Shown: positions 27,102 to 39,582 of the stretch, one piece after another | How the letters are laid out: each line of letters starts with the position of its first letter | Numbering within the stretch: the stretch's first letter is position 1 | NCBI RefSeq assembly: GCF_006345805.1 | Contig: NW_021835987.1 | Location: 248,001 to 312,000 of the forward strand | Origin: Octopus sinensis | Lineage: Eukaryota | Direction: 5' to 3' | DNA: 64,000 bases | Notes under the pieces: generated by a model | Told to the model about the DNA's origin: nothing | Database searches by the model: none | The model's input: the letters and a program-made list of their open reading frames with translations, nothing else | Made by a program: the position numbers and the translations under genes

Positions 27102-28559
27102 CGGTTAAGTAATTGAGATTCTAGTGAATTCTAAAGAAGTCACATGAATATGGTCCTTAACTAGGATGCACCGGAAATCTATATGGTGTTAACCATACGA
27201 CAAGTGGGGTGATTACAAATAGGAAAAAAGCAACAAGAATGGATTAAAATCTCGGTACGATCGTTTCGTACGAGGACATCTTTAATAAGCTACAAAAAAT
27301 GCAGTGAATACAGATGGCTCGTACTCGTCAGCCGAAAAAACATCAGAGAATTCCCAAACATCAAAAGGGGTAGATACAAAAGAGGTTGTAAGATTAGCTG
27401 CATTGAAGAAAGTTCGATTCATGGAGATCCGATGAAAGGTTTTAAACTTACAGAATTTGTGCATGTCTACATATAGCTCATATTGAATATTTAATCAAGT
27501 TGTGTGAAGAAATTTTCGGATACAGTCATGCAAAATTTCTGAAAATCCGAGTAGGAGGCAAAGTGACTGCCATATCATGTAAGGGAAAGTCTGAGTAAAA
27601 GCAAAGTGACTGTCATATCGTGTAGAGGAACAGATTGTTATTGAAATTTACAAGAATCGCAGATAAGTTCGATTTTTGGAGATCCGATGAAAAGTCTTGA
27701 ACTTACAAAATATGTGTGTATGTCCTTATAGTTCATAATCCAGTTTTGTGAAGAGATTTAGGGTACAATCATGCGAAAAATATCAGGGAATCCGAATGAG
27801 AAGCAAAATGACAGTCTTATATTGTAGCGGTTCAGGTTGTTAATGAATTTTACAAGAATCACAGAAAGAGGAGGAAGGAAGTAGAAATTTAATCAGTTAC
27901 TGCTATTTAAGGTATCAAAGAGAAAGGAAAGGGGAGGCTAAGGGGATGGGCACAAGTTGATACTAACAGAAAAATCTAAGCTTGTTTAGTGCAAAATTCG
28001 AACTGAGGTCAACAATTTATTTCTTTATTTATAAATGTTACTATTAATAGATTGTCAGGTTACAAAGAGGTCATTAGAAAGGAAAGAAAGATGGGGTTGT
28101 TTTTAAATGAAATTAAACAATTATATTATTATTATATTATACTATAATACACTACACTATATTATATTATATTATATCACATCGCAATACACTACGATAG
28201 GTCTGGGATTAGCAGAATTAATTTTTAGTGTAAAAGAAATTAAGAGATTTAACTAACTAATATTTGTAATGGGTTAAAAAATAGACTAAGAAATGGAGAT
28301 AAAAATAGAGCAAAATTTAATTTATTAATAATATGGTCCAATAGAAATAAATCAAATAATTTAAATCAATAAGTATTAAATAGTACCATCAGAGAGAGAA
28401 ATTATAATCATAGCTAGTTAGATCTTATCTTTCTAGTTAAATATAATATACTATGTAGGAGTGATATGTAAGTCAAAATGAATTTAATGCAAAATGATTC
28501 CAGTATACAGTTATCAATTGAGATATCATTTAAAATATCATTTAAAATATTTAAGAGTC

Positions 28560-28900
28560 TTAACTCGAGCATGTATACAAGATTTCCAAGTTCAATTCTG
28601 CTGTTTTATTGGATTTCTCCATTATTTCTATACATTAGTATTTCAAATGCTTCCATGGAGCAAAGTTGGCAGCGTACTCTGCTATTTTTATAGGGTTTTG
28701 CTCTTCTGACTAATTCCCAATTAAGGTTATATTTGATATTATTGTTTTTTAGTTCCCAAATATTACTAGAAAGAGTGGTGCTATCAGCCTTATGACGTAA
28801 TTTAAAGGATGAGAGATGGTTATTCAATCTCTGTTTAAAATTTACAGTGCATCCAACATAAGAGAACTTATTATTATCTGTGGTTACGGAGCACTTGTAC
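28560..28900 (-). mobile_element. Penelope-like GIY-YIG endonuclease 3' portion, inverted
   Basis: QYKCSVTTDNNKFSYVGCTVNFKQRLNNHLSSFKLRHKADSTTLSSNIWELK...AKPY...RCQLC. Confidence 0.8.
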
Positions 28901-28931
28901 TGTTTTTCCGGTCCTTAACTTCTCAGCAAGA

Positions 28932-29735
28932 ATGGAAAAAATAAACTTCGAGTTTTCCCCTAAAGACATCCCCCTCCATAGTAAAGATGAGTATTATTGG
29001 CTACTCATTCACAGGATAAACGATTTCATTAGAAGGATTAGATGGAGAACATACCACTTCGATATCAAACATAGAAAAAATACGAAACGAAGGATTACTA
29101 ATAAGAAGTTCGACAGAATATTTAGAAGCAGGAAGAGCCCACCTCCAAATCCAATCCTTGATAATTTTGAAAAAGACCTACTCAACCTCATAGAAAGAAT
29201 TAAATTCAAGGATCACCCGTTAAGATATAATCACCACCTCAAACATCTCAGTAAATTTATAAAATCAACTCGAAATAAGAAAGGAATATTAGTACCAGCT
29301 GACAAAACTGGCAATTTTTATAGAGTAGACTATACACTCTACAGCAATCTAATTAACAAGGAGCTTAACTCCAAATACAAAACTACTACCAAAGGAAAAT
29401 TGAAGGAAACTAACTTAGAAATGAAAGCTATTATGGAAAAATATGATCTAGCAGACAGAACTGAACCAATTGTACCATGCGAACCTAGGATTAATCTTAA
29501 GGACCATAAAAAGAATATCCTAGAAAACCCGTCGGTAAGACTTATTTGTCCAACTAAGTCGGATATTGGCCGACTTAGTAAATCTATACTAGATAATATC
29601 TTACCCCAAATAACCCCAATTCTTCCCTTAAGCCTGTGGATAAATACCGATGAGGTCCTTAAATGGTTTAATTCCCTAACTAATACGAATTATTTAGCCT
29701 TCATTCAATTCGATATAAATAACTACTACTCTACA
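28932..29735 (+). mobile_element. Penelope-like element RT ORF, 3'-truncated
   Basis: Contains PADKT, INLKDHK, RLICPTKSDIGRLSK, LWINT..V.KWF and [10 protein letters not shown] motifs typical of PLE reverse transcriptases. Runs into (CATA)n. Confidence 0.85.
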
Positions 29736-29966
29736 TACATACACACATACATACATACATACATACATACACACATACATACATACATACATACATACAT
29801 ACATACATACATGCAAATAAAAATACCCTGTTGTTGATCTTGAAATTCCAATGAAGGAGCTTGGATGTAGGTTAGAAACCGATTATTTCTCTATAGGCAA
29901 GAAATTTTGAAATAAACTGAATAATGACATACATATAAGACTCTTTGTGTGTGTATGTATGTATGG

Positions 29967-29999
<33 letters not shown>

Positions 30000-30284
30000 C
30001 GAGCATGAGTGCGTGTATGTCTACAGTGATAGATCCGAGTGTTTCATTTATTCACAATTTGATTTATTAATTTCACCGGACTATGAATACCTATAATGGT
30101 GCCTACGCAGTCGTCCACACTCATCACTGCCCTTATCAGTGGTTACAGGGAAATGATTGCGGAGTCCCTTTTTGCCTTATGCCTTTCCTTGTCCATTTTG
30201 TATTTCTTCCTTTGTTTTGCCGTTTTTTTCTCGGCTTTCAATACTCCCTCAGTCCTAACTGCCACTAGCAAGCTTTCCTCGCTT

Positions 30285-30552
30285 TAGCATATCTGTCTCA
30301 TCAAGTTCCCGAGTTCGATACCTACGCAGTCTTGCACACTTATCAGTGCCCTTCCTCCATTTGCCCTCTTCGTGTAGAGACGATCAGTGTCTGCACGTGG
30401 ATGATGGCCTCCATGCATCATTAGACGCTTCCTTGTCTTCCTGTCCAACTCTTATCTCTCCTCCTCTGTTCAGTGAAGGATCCCAGCGCCATACCGAACT
30501 ACTGCGGCTGCGCATAAGTTCATGGCCGAAATTATGTTCCAGGTATTCAGCT
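30285..30552 (-). mobile_element. R4/Dong-like RT C-terminal fragment (mirror copy at about 50305-50580 +)
   Basis: SKLNTWNIISAMNLCAAAVVRYGAGIL...LDRKTRKRLMMHGGHHPRADTDRLY..NGGRALISV. Confidence 0.75.
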
Positions 30553-30554
30553 TT

Positions 30555-30609
30555 GAAGCCAATACTATTACTACTGCTGCTGCTATTACTACTACTACTA
30601 CTACTACTG

Positions 30610-30644
<35 letters not shown>

Positions 30645-30815
30645 GCTGCTGCTGCCGCTGCTGCTGCTGCTGCTGCTCCTGCTCCTACCACTACTACTAC
30701 TACTGCTGCTGTTGCTACTACTACTACTACTACTATTACTACTACTACAACTACTACTACTGATATTACTACTACTACTGCTGCTGCTGCTACTGCTGCT
30801 ACTGCTGCTACTACA

Positions 30816-30846
<31 letters not shown>

Positions 30847-30850
30847 TGAT
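30555..30850. repeat. (TAC)/(TGC) compound microsatellite abutting the C exon 2 acceptor
   Basis: Direct inspection. Confidence 0.95.
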
Positions 30851-30861
30851 TATTATTTCAG

Positions 30862-31040
30862 ACAGCCAATGGATTAAAGCATATGCCATACCAATGAATG
30901 CTGGTTCGAGAGTCTATGAGTCATTCATGAATATAGGAAATACTTCATCCTGGAAAGTGGACAAATGCAATGGTACCTTCTGTCCTAACTTCTTCCGACA
31001 TCCCTTCCTTGATTTCTGGGAACATCTTCCAATTAATGAG
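30862..31040 (+). CDS. Copy C exon 2
   Basis: TTTCAG/GTACGT, 179 nt: SQWIKAYAIPMNAGSRVYESFMNIGNTSSWKVDKCNGTFCPNFFRHPFLDFWEHLPINE. Confidence 0.85.
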
Positions 31041-31104
31041 GTACGTAGCCATATGCATACACATACACTAATATATATATAATAATAGTAATAATCGTGA
31101 CGTA

Positions 31105-31360
31105 TATTTGCCATTTAGATATGGCTAACCCCTAAGGGTGGATGCTACTGAAGTTTGTAGCCCCAGGAGGACACCTCCCAGAAACTCGAGTCCGTGTGTA
31201 TCATAAGTTGAAGACGGGAAGGATGGCTTCCCTTTGCAAATACTGATAGGGCACAGAAAATGTGTCTATAGCCAGCGGAAGGAGGTGTCCTCCTGGGGCT
31301 ACAAACTACAGTAGCATCCACCCTTAGGGGTTAGCCATATTTAAATGGCAAATATACGTC
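31105..31360. mobile_element. Foldback MITE (mirror copy at about 49690-49945)
   Basis: Near-perfect self-complementary ~250 bp: ATATTTGCCATTT...AAATGGCAAATAT. Confidence 0.8.
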
Positions 31361-31948
31361 ACATGTTTTGTAGCTACCGTTTATAACACGCTCTAAGATT
31401 TATTATTAATAGTAATAATGATTAACAGATATTTAGATCAATTCAATTGCTTGTTACATTTTTGACCTACAAAAATTATTTATGAGGAAGGCGAAACAGT
31501 GTTGAATAAAATTCTATCCGCGGAAAACCGCAGTAATAAGAAAAGATTATCACAGACAAAAGAATCTCCTTTTGGGTTTTTTTTTTATTTGATTTTGATT
31601 TTCCAGTTTCAGCTAATGAGCTGTGGCCATGCTGGGGCACCGCCATTTAATGAGTAAACGGGAAACAAAATCGATGAAATCAGCTTACCATACATGACTG
31701 ATTTCAGCAGAAAGTAAAGCACGTGGACCTCGGTGGTACTTGGATTCAAAGCTGAATTACTTTGTCATTCTTCTTGTGAGATGGCAAGATTGAGTAACAA
31801 ACAAAACCTTATGGGAACAGACGAACCAGGGACCTGTCAGAGCCCAGATCAAGAGCAGTCATGGATCATGGCTAGTTCAAAATATAAATTTATTTCGTCA
31901 CTGTATTTATTGCGGAGATGTGTCAATTCATGAAATGTTTTACTCTAG

Positions 31949-32003
<55 letters not shown>

Positions 32004-32299
32004 GGGGGGTGGGGGGGGTGTAATAGAGCTAAAAACGGATGGATTATTTGGGTATAACGACACACGTTTCCTTTGCAGAAGATTGTTATTATAGACACAT
32101 TACGTCATGCAACATGGAATGGAATAGGTTTGAGATCGTATGTAATATTATGAAATAAGTTTGAATAACATTACCAATTCTGTAGGTCATACTGTATTAG
32201 AGGTTAATTAGCGATGTATGCCACATAGTATCATGGTAATATATGAATTTTTCAAATGAAGGGGTATCAAATATGTTATTTGATTCATTTAGAGATATT

Positions 32300-32670
32300 A
32301 ATCGTCTGGAAGCCGTTTAGCGACGTGCAACCGAGAGAATACCCTCCATCAGGCATTTGCCATATTCTGAACGCCTTACTTCTCTGGGCATGGACACATT
32401 GAAACATTTTTTCACGCTGAGAGTTGCTGAAGCATGGAACAAACTGCCGGCATCGGTTGTTAGTTGTCGGAGCACTGCATCCTTCAAAACTTCCATGCTT
32501 TCTGAGATTCCCCAACACTACACCTGATTTTCTCCCCTCCATACACACGCAAACATGTATCTGACTCATACACTGTTTGCTTTCCAGACATTTGTACTTT
32601 ACTGCATATACTTTATACGCACTTTCTGACAAGTTGTGGTGCACCTGAGCACTGTATACATTGACTTCAT
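32300..32670 (+). mobile_element. CR1-like LINE 3' end, internally deleted
   Basis: RRATERIPSIRHLPYSERLTSLG...FFTLRVAEAWNKLPASVV. Confidence 0.7.
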
Positions 32671-32980
32671 TATTATTATTATAGCAAGATACGGATTAGG
32701 TGATAGGCCAATCAAAATCATCAATTTTGCCTGTTATGCTTTACTGTTTACACTGCGTGTGTGTCAGTGTGTCTCAGTGTGTGCGTGTGCGTGTGTGTGC
32801 GTTTGTGTGTGTGTGTCAGTGTGTCAGTGTGTGCGTGTGTGTGTGTTTGTGTATTTGCGTGTGTGTGTGTGTGTGTGTGTTTGTGAGTTTGTGTGTGTGT
32901 TTGTGTGTGTGTGTGTGAGTGTGTATGTGTGTGTACCCGTGTGTGTATATGTGCGTGCTACATGTTCATATCTTTTGCAG

Positions 32981-33135
32981 GTAAAACTGGTAATCTATAA
33001 AAACGGAACCGATTCGAAAACAATCATATTTGATGGACGAAATACAACACTTAACACCTGGTTCTCTCACGAAAACTTGAAAAGTTCACCATGGGACGAC
33101 CTAGCATCCGACCCCAATCCTAAGTACTTAATGAG
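32981..33135 (+). CDS. Copy C exon 3
   Basis: TTGCAG/GTGAGT, 155 nt, open: VKLVIYKNGTDSKTIIFDGRNTTLNTWFSHENLKSSPWDDLASDPNPKYLM. Confidence 0.87.
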
Positions 33136-33892
33136 GTGAGTATAGTATGTCTATATATATTTTATGCTGGGGTTTTATTCCGTTACGTAGAGACTTATCA
33201 TGTTACAAAAAAAATTGCCTTTCGTAGGCAACAGATAGAAAGTTTAACCTATACATTTAGATGCTAAACTTTCTGGAGACGAACAACATATGCCCAGGTT
33301 TTCAACAGTATATCTTCATTTGTTATGATATACAGAATGCTAATTTGAACTAATACTGCTGCCGTCTGTAAAGATGAAATATATCCGGCGTTCCGTCCAG
33401 GAGGGGAACCTATACGCCAAGAAACCTTGAAAGCGGCCCTTATGAGCCAGGCATGGCTCGAGAAGGAACAACCAATCGCCGCTGCAAGAGGCTATAACTC
33501 TATTAATGGTACATTTCTGTATTTTCAACACTACACGACCAAATGAAATGCTTTCTCGTTACGAACAGCAGAGTTACCAGAATTTCACATTAAGTAGCAT
33601 ATTTTAAAGTGGGAAGCACGAAAATGTATTTTCACCTTAAAATGTACACTCTTTTATTCTTTTACTCGTTTCAGTCATTTGACAGCGGCCATGCTGGAGC
33701 AGTTTTAGTCGAGCAAATCGACCCCATGATTTATTCTTTGTAAGCCTAGTACTTATTCTATCAGTCTCTTTGGCCGAACCGCTATGTTACGGGAAAGTAA
33801 ACACACCAGATTCGGGGGGACAAACACAGACACACAAACACACATACACACACATACACACACACACACACACGCACACACACACACACACA

Positions 33893-33943
<51 letters not shown>

Positions 33944-34081
33944 TTAATCTAAACATAAAAGCACAAAAAAACACAACAACGCGACATATATTTACTTGGG
34001 CAAGTGTTTTCTACTATAGCCTCGAGCTCACCAAAGCCTTGTGAGTGGATTTGGTAGATGGAAACTGAAAGCAGCCCGTCG

Positions 34082-34128
<47 letters not shown>

Positions 34129-34397
34129 CTGTATGTTTGTCTGTGTTTTTCCCTCCAACATCGCTTGACAAAAGATGCTGGTGTGTTTACGTCCCCGTAA
34201 CTTAGCGGTTCTGCAAAAGAGACCGATAGAATAAGTACTAGGCTTACAAAGAATAAGTTCTGGGGTCGATTTGCTCGACTAAAGGCGGTGCTCCAGCATG
34301 GCCGCAGTCAAAATAACTGAAACAAGTAAAAGAGTAAAGGAGTAAACGTTTAGGCTTTCATATTCTGAAACCCATCCAACTTTTATTAACTCCACAG

Positions 34398-34558
34398 AAA
34401 CGATCGTCCCTTCGGTATATCAAAAGGGGCTAAGTGTACAAAGATGAGTGGCTGGTTCATTATTGATCCCCGTCCGACAAATTGTGGGTTTGCTTACAAA
34501 GATCATTCTCCTTCAGTCCGTTATTCTGATAAAAACTCGAAAGTTGTTTGGAGAAACG
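34398..34558 (+). CDS. Copy C exon 4
   Basis: CCACAG/GTGAGT, 161 nt, open: [53 protein letters not shown]. Confidence 0.87.
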
Positions 34559-34600
34559 GTGAGTGATATTTTTATAATTTGTGTGTGTGTGTGTGTTTTG

Positions 34601-34642
<42 letters not shown>

Positions 34643-35090
34643 CGTATGTGTGTGTGTGGGCGTGTGCACGAGTGTGTGTGTGTGTATGCGTATGTGTGTG
34701 TGTGGGCGTGTGCACGAGTGTGTGTGTGTGTGCGTATGTGTGTGTGTGGGCGTGTGCACGAGTGTGTGTGTGTATGCGTATGTGTGTGTGTGGGCGTGTG
34801 CACGACTGTGTGTGTGTGTGCGTATGTGTGTGTGTGGGCGTGTGCACGAGTGTGTGTGTGTGTGTGTGCGCGCGTGTATATGTGTGTGTATGTGCGTATT
34901 TATGTGTGTGAGCCTTGATTCAACTTATTTATTATTAAGAGCATCCCAACCATGACCCTCCTGTATGTTTCCCACTCAACGATGTAAAGATTCGGCTGCT
35001 ATTTCTAGTAATTCCAGTGAACGCGCATGAAGACCTTCCACGATTTATTTCCATTCCTTTGGTTATTGATGTTGTTATTGTTACTTCCAG

Positions 35091-35140
35091 GCTATACATT
35101 AGCAGACTCCATGGCCGTATTCATCCGCCTGAGGCAGTAG
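35091..35140 (+). CDS. Copy C exon 5 (terminal)
   Basis: TTCCAG acceptor; GYTLADSMAVFIRLRQ-TAG. Confidence 0.85.
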
Positions 35141-35171
35141 AATTTATCCAGCACATGATACTATAGTTGTT

Positions 35172-36012
35172 GTTCACGCCCATCCAATCCTGCTGACCAC
35201 CACTAGTGATCTCAGTAGGTCAAGTATTACCTGTTAATAAAGAATCCATATAAATATTCTAAGTTGTTCACGTCCACCCAATCCTGCTGACCACCACTAG
35301 TGATCCCAGTAGGTCAAGTATTACCTGTTGATAAAGAATCCATAGAAACATTCTGTGTTGTTAACGTCCATCCAATCCTGCTGACCACCACTAGTGATCC
35401 CAGTAGATCAAGTATTACCTGTTAATAAAGAATCCATATAAATATTCTAAGATGTATACGTCCATCCAATCCTGCTGACCACCACTAGTGATACCAGTAC
35501 GTCAAGTATTACCTGTTAATAAAGAAACCATATAAATATTCTAAGATGTTAACGTCCATCCAATCATGCTGACCAAAACTAGTGATACCAGTAGGTCAAG
35601 TATTACCTGTTGATAAAGAATCCATAGAAATATTCTGTGTTGTTAACGTCCATCCAATCCTGCTGACCACCACTAGTGATCCCAGTAGATCAAGTATTAC
35701 CTGTTAATAAAGAATCCATATAAATATTCTAAGATGTATACGTCCATCCAATCCTGCTGACCACCACTAGTGATACCAGTACGTCAAGTATTACCTGTTA
35801 ATAAAGAAACCATATAAATATTCTAAGATGTTAACGTCCATCCAATCATGCTGACCACCACTAGTGATACCAGTAGGTCAAGTATTACTTGTTAATAAAG
35901 AATCCATATAAATATTCTAAGATGTTAACGTCCATCCAATCATGCTGACCACCACTAGTGATACCAGTAGGTCAAGTATTACCTGTTAATAAAGAATCCA
36001 TATAAATATTCA
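35172..36012 (+). repeat. 94-bp tandem array (about 9 units) 3' of copy C
   Basis: Units start at 35172, 35266, 35360, 35454 and onward; 7 of 9 contain AATAAA. Confidence 0.95.
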
Positions 36013-36062
36013 AAGTCCGTCTTTCGAGTTGTGATTGGCTTCTCTGACCCCACAGACTGAGC

Positions 36063-36094
<32 letters not shown>

Positions 36095-36760
36095 TTCTAG
36101 TTCTTACTAAATGCTTTGCACCTTAGGTAAGTGTCTTCTACGAAAGCCTTCTGAGTGGATTAAGTAGGCGGGAACCGAAAGAAACATGTCGTTTATGTGT
36201 GTGTGTGTGTGTGTGTGTGTTTATATGTATGTGTGTGTGTGTGTTTTTATGCGTGTGCTTGCTACCCTCCCCACCAACATCGCTTGATAAACGATGCTGG
36301 TGTGTTTACGTCGCCGTAACTTTGTGGGTCGGCAAAAGAGACCGATAGAATAAGTACTAGGCTTACAAAGAATAAGGTCTGAAGACGATTTCTTCGACTA
36401 AAGGCGATGCTCCAGCATGGCCGCTGTCAAATAACTGAAATAAATACAAGAAATGAATAATTAAACGGCTAGTATTCTGATTTCGAATTTAAACCTTAAG
36501 TTCGGGATGAGGTCGATCTTATAGCAGTTTATATATATTGTTAAAATCTTTTATCCTTTATGGAAAATGATGTAAACCTCTGTAGAGACAACTGGAATTT
36601 CATAAGTATAAGTGACTAATATCAAAGAAGTACCAACGGTATCCCCTAGTATATATACATATATAGAACTTCCAATATCGTTAGTCGATATAGAGCAAAA
36701 CTGGTGTACACTTGGATAAAATTTATCCCTAGGATAAAACAACCTATTTTCATACAAACT

Positions 36761-36819
<59 letters not shown>

Positions 36820-37126
36820 AAGCGCAATGGACCATTGGTTCAGGCAGCTGACTGGCGGTTGTAGGATCGCGGTTTCTATTCCCAGACCGGGCTTTGTGAG
36901 TGTTTATTGAGCGAAAACACCTAAAGCTCCACGAGGCTGCAGCAGGGGGGTGGTGGCGGTCCCTGCTGTACTCTTTCGCCATAACTTTCTTTCACTCTTT
37001 CTTCTGTTGGCCTGCTTTCTTAGCCAGTGGGGTGGCGTCATTTGAAGGGTAAAACAATGCGAAGCACATTGTGACCAGCGATGTGTAGCAACATGTGATA
37101 GCTTGGTCGGTCACGGTGACCACGGT

Positions 37127-37164
<38 letters not shown>

Positions 37165-37418
37165 TATAATAAATCTCTGAACGAAATATAACAGTGACTG
37201 CACGACCCGTGAGGTATATTTGCCATCTCAATATGGCTAACCACTAAGTGCTGGTGTTACTGTAGCTTGTAGCCCCAGGAGAACATGTACTCCAGCTGGC
37301 TTTAGGCACCCTTTCTGTGCCCTTAAGGTATTTGCACACAACAATTCCACTATTACTACTCACAGTAAGACACATACACACACACACACACACACACAAA
37401 AGAGAAAACATCACTTAC

Positions 37419-37579
37419 CGTGGTTCCATACGACTTTCATTTTTGTGTCAGAATAACGGATTGAAGGAGAATGATCTTTGTAACCAAACGAATAAGATGG
37501 CGGAAGCTCATCGATAACCAGCCAGCCGCTTACTTTTGTACTTGTGTTGCCTTTTGTTATATAGAAGCTATATTTTCCT
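37419..37579 (-). CDS. Copy E orphan exon 4 (cysteine-less)
   Basis: TCACAG/GTAAGT, 161 nt, open: GKYSFYITKGNTSTKVSGWLVIDELPPSYSFGYKDHSPSIRYSDTKMKVVWNH. Confidence 0.7.
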
Positions 37580-38258
37580 CTGTGAAGTTAACAAAAGTTG
37601 GTTGGGTTTCAGAATATGAAAATCTAAACATTTATGAAATATATATCAATATAGGCGCAGGAGTGGCTGCGTGGTAAGTAGCTTGTTTACCAACCACATG
37701 GTTCCAGGTCCAGTCCTACTGCGTGGCACCTTGGGCAAGTGTCTTCTACTATAGCCTCGGGCCGACCAAAGCCTTGTGAGTGGATTTGGTAGACGGAAAC
37801 TAAAAGAAGCCTGTCGTATATATATATATATATATATAATAATAAATATTAGGGAATAAATCCAAATTTACAGGGAAAAAATCAGATTTAGGATTAAATC
37901 GATTTTATAGTAAAATATTATAAAATATTATTCGAGACAAAACCACTATTTTGCAAAACAAACAAGGAAAAACTTAATCAATACATAAAATTTTAATAAA
38001 TAGTCAAAAAAACCGCCACTACAATCGTTTCTTGTCTTGATCGACAATCTTCAGGTGGACTTCCAATAATTCAGTGTCAATTGTATATTTTATTTATCTG
38101 TATGAGTGTGGGTGTGTAAATATTGTTGTATATATCGAGTTTAGTGAGTATATATATGAGTATATGTGAGGGAGTATATGTATCTGTTGTGTGTGTGTGG
38201 TGTTTTTGTGTGTGTGTGTGTTTGTGTGTGAATGTTTTGACACTGAATTATTGGAAGT

Positions 38259-38298
38259 CCACCTGAAGATTGTCGATCAAGACAAGAAACGATTGTAG
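38259..38298 (+). ncRNA. Hammerhead-like motif in inverted repeat (mirror copy at about 38020-38060, - strand)
   Basis: CCAC-CUGAAGA-UUGUC-gaucaa-GACAA-GAAA-CGAUU-GUAG. Perfect 5-bp stem II; stem I has a mismatch. Confidence 0.45.
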
Positions 38299-38389
38299 TG
38301 GCGGTTTTTTTTTACTATTTATTAAAATTTTATGTATTGATTAAGTTTTTCCTTGTTTGTTTTGCAAAATAGTGGTCTTGTCTCGAATA

Positions 38390-38474
<85 letters not shown>

Positions 38475-38844
38475 ATGTGTGTTGTGTGTCTGTGTTTGTC
38501 CCTCTAGCATTGCTTGACAACCGATGCTGGTGTGTTTATTTCCCCGTCACTTCGCGGTTCGGCAAAAGAGACCGATAGAATAAGTACTGGGTTTACAAAG
38601 AATAAGTCCCGGAGTCGAGTTGCTCGATTAAAGGCGGTGCTCCAGCATGGCCGCAGTCAAACGACTGAAACAAGTAAAAGAGAGTATGTCCGCAATACAC
38701 AATTGAATCGGTCAGTGTTCAAAATAGCCTTCAGTGTATCATACTTAAACTATATATCTGTAGCCTACGAAAAGTGATTCTTAATATTATATTTCTTTAC
38801 ATAACGAAACGAAAGAAAATAAGAAAAAAGATATGTAAATATAC

Positions 38845-39008
38845 TTATTTAGCTCCACTGAGAAACGCAATTTTGTGGCTGAAGCTAGATCGTCCCATGG
38901 TGAACTTTTCAAATTTTCCAGAGAGAACCAGGTTTTAAGGGTTGTATTTCGTCCATCAAATATCATAGTTACCACATCTGTTTGGTTTTCGTAGAGCACC
39001 AGTTTCAC
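38845..39008 (-). CDS. Copy E orphan exon 3
   Basis: TTGCAG/GTATAT, 164 nt, open: VKLVLYENQTDVVTMIFDGRNTTLKTWFSLENLKSSPWDDLASATKLRFSVELN. Confidence 0.7.
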
Positions 39009-39185
39009 CTGCAAAAGAAATGTTCATTTCATTAGTTGGTTCATAAACTTTAGGACATTAAAATGTTAACTTATATATTTATTAAAATGATAATTCTAAT
39101 TACATACATACATATACTATATCATTCTATGTATATAACATAATAATACACGCAATTATTAAAAAACTTGAATATAAATTATTAT

Positions 39186-39216
<31 letters not shown>

Positions 39217-39227
39217 CATACATACAT

Positions 39228-39288
<61 letters not shown>

Positions 39289-39582
39289 CATATCGACATC
39301 TCTCTCTTCCTCTCTCTCAATATATGTATATATATATGTGTGGTGTGTGTGTGTGTGTGTGTGTGTGTGTCATATATATGACATGAACTAAGATTCACCT
39401 GATATCCACGCACATTACGGATTTTACTGTAATGATCCCGGGAATATGGACTAAGTTCGTACGAAATATGCAACTTGCGGAAATACGCGTAGCGAGGGAT
39501 TAAAATACTTATAAATCCCATTCATGGATTATTATGACTATAACTATGTTTATCCTACTTTGAATCGGAACACCTCGGTACA

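Larger units (their letters stand above)
29760..37336. repeat. Left arm of large inverted duplication (partner about 41940-51050)
   Basis: Introns, MITEs, the R4-like fragment, SINEs and the 94-bp array recur reverse-complemented in the same order. Confidence 0.85.

Noticed and set aside
27245-27295. GAAACGATC motif at the edge of the Penelope region (- strand)
   Set aside because: Upstream core reads TTAAAGA, not CTGANGA; too decayed to call
35172-36012. CRISPR-like appearance of the 94-bp array
   Set aside because: No unique spacers, no cas genes, eukaryotic context; it is a head-to-tail minisatellite
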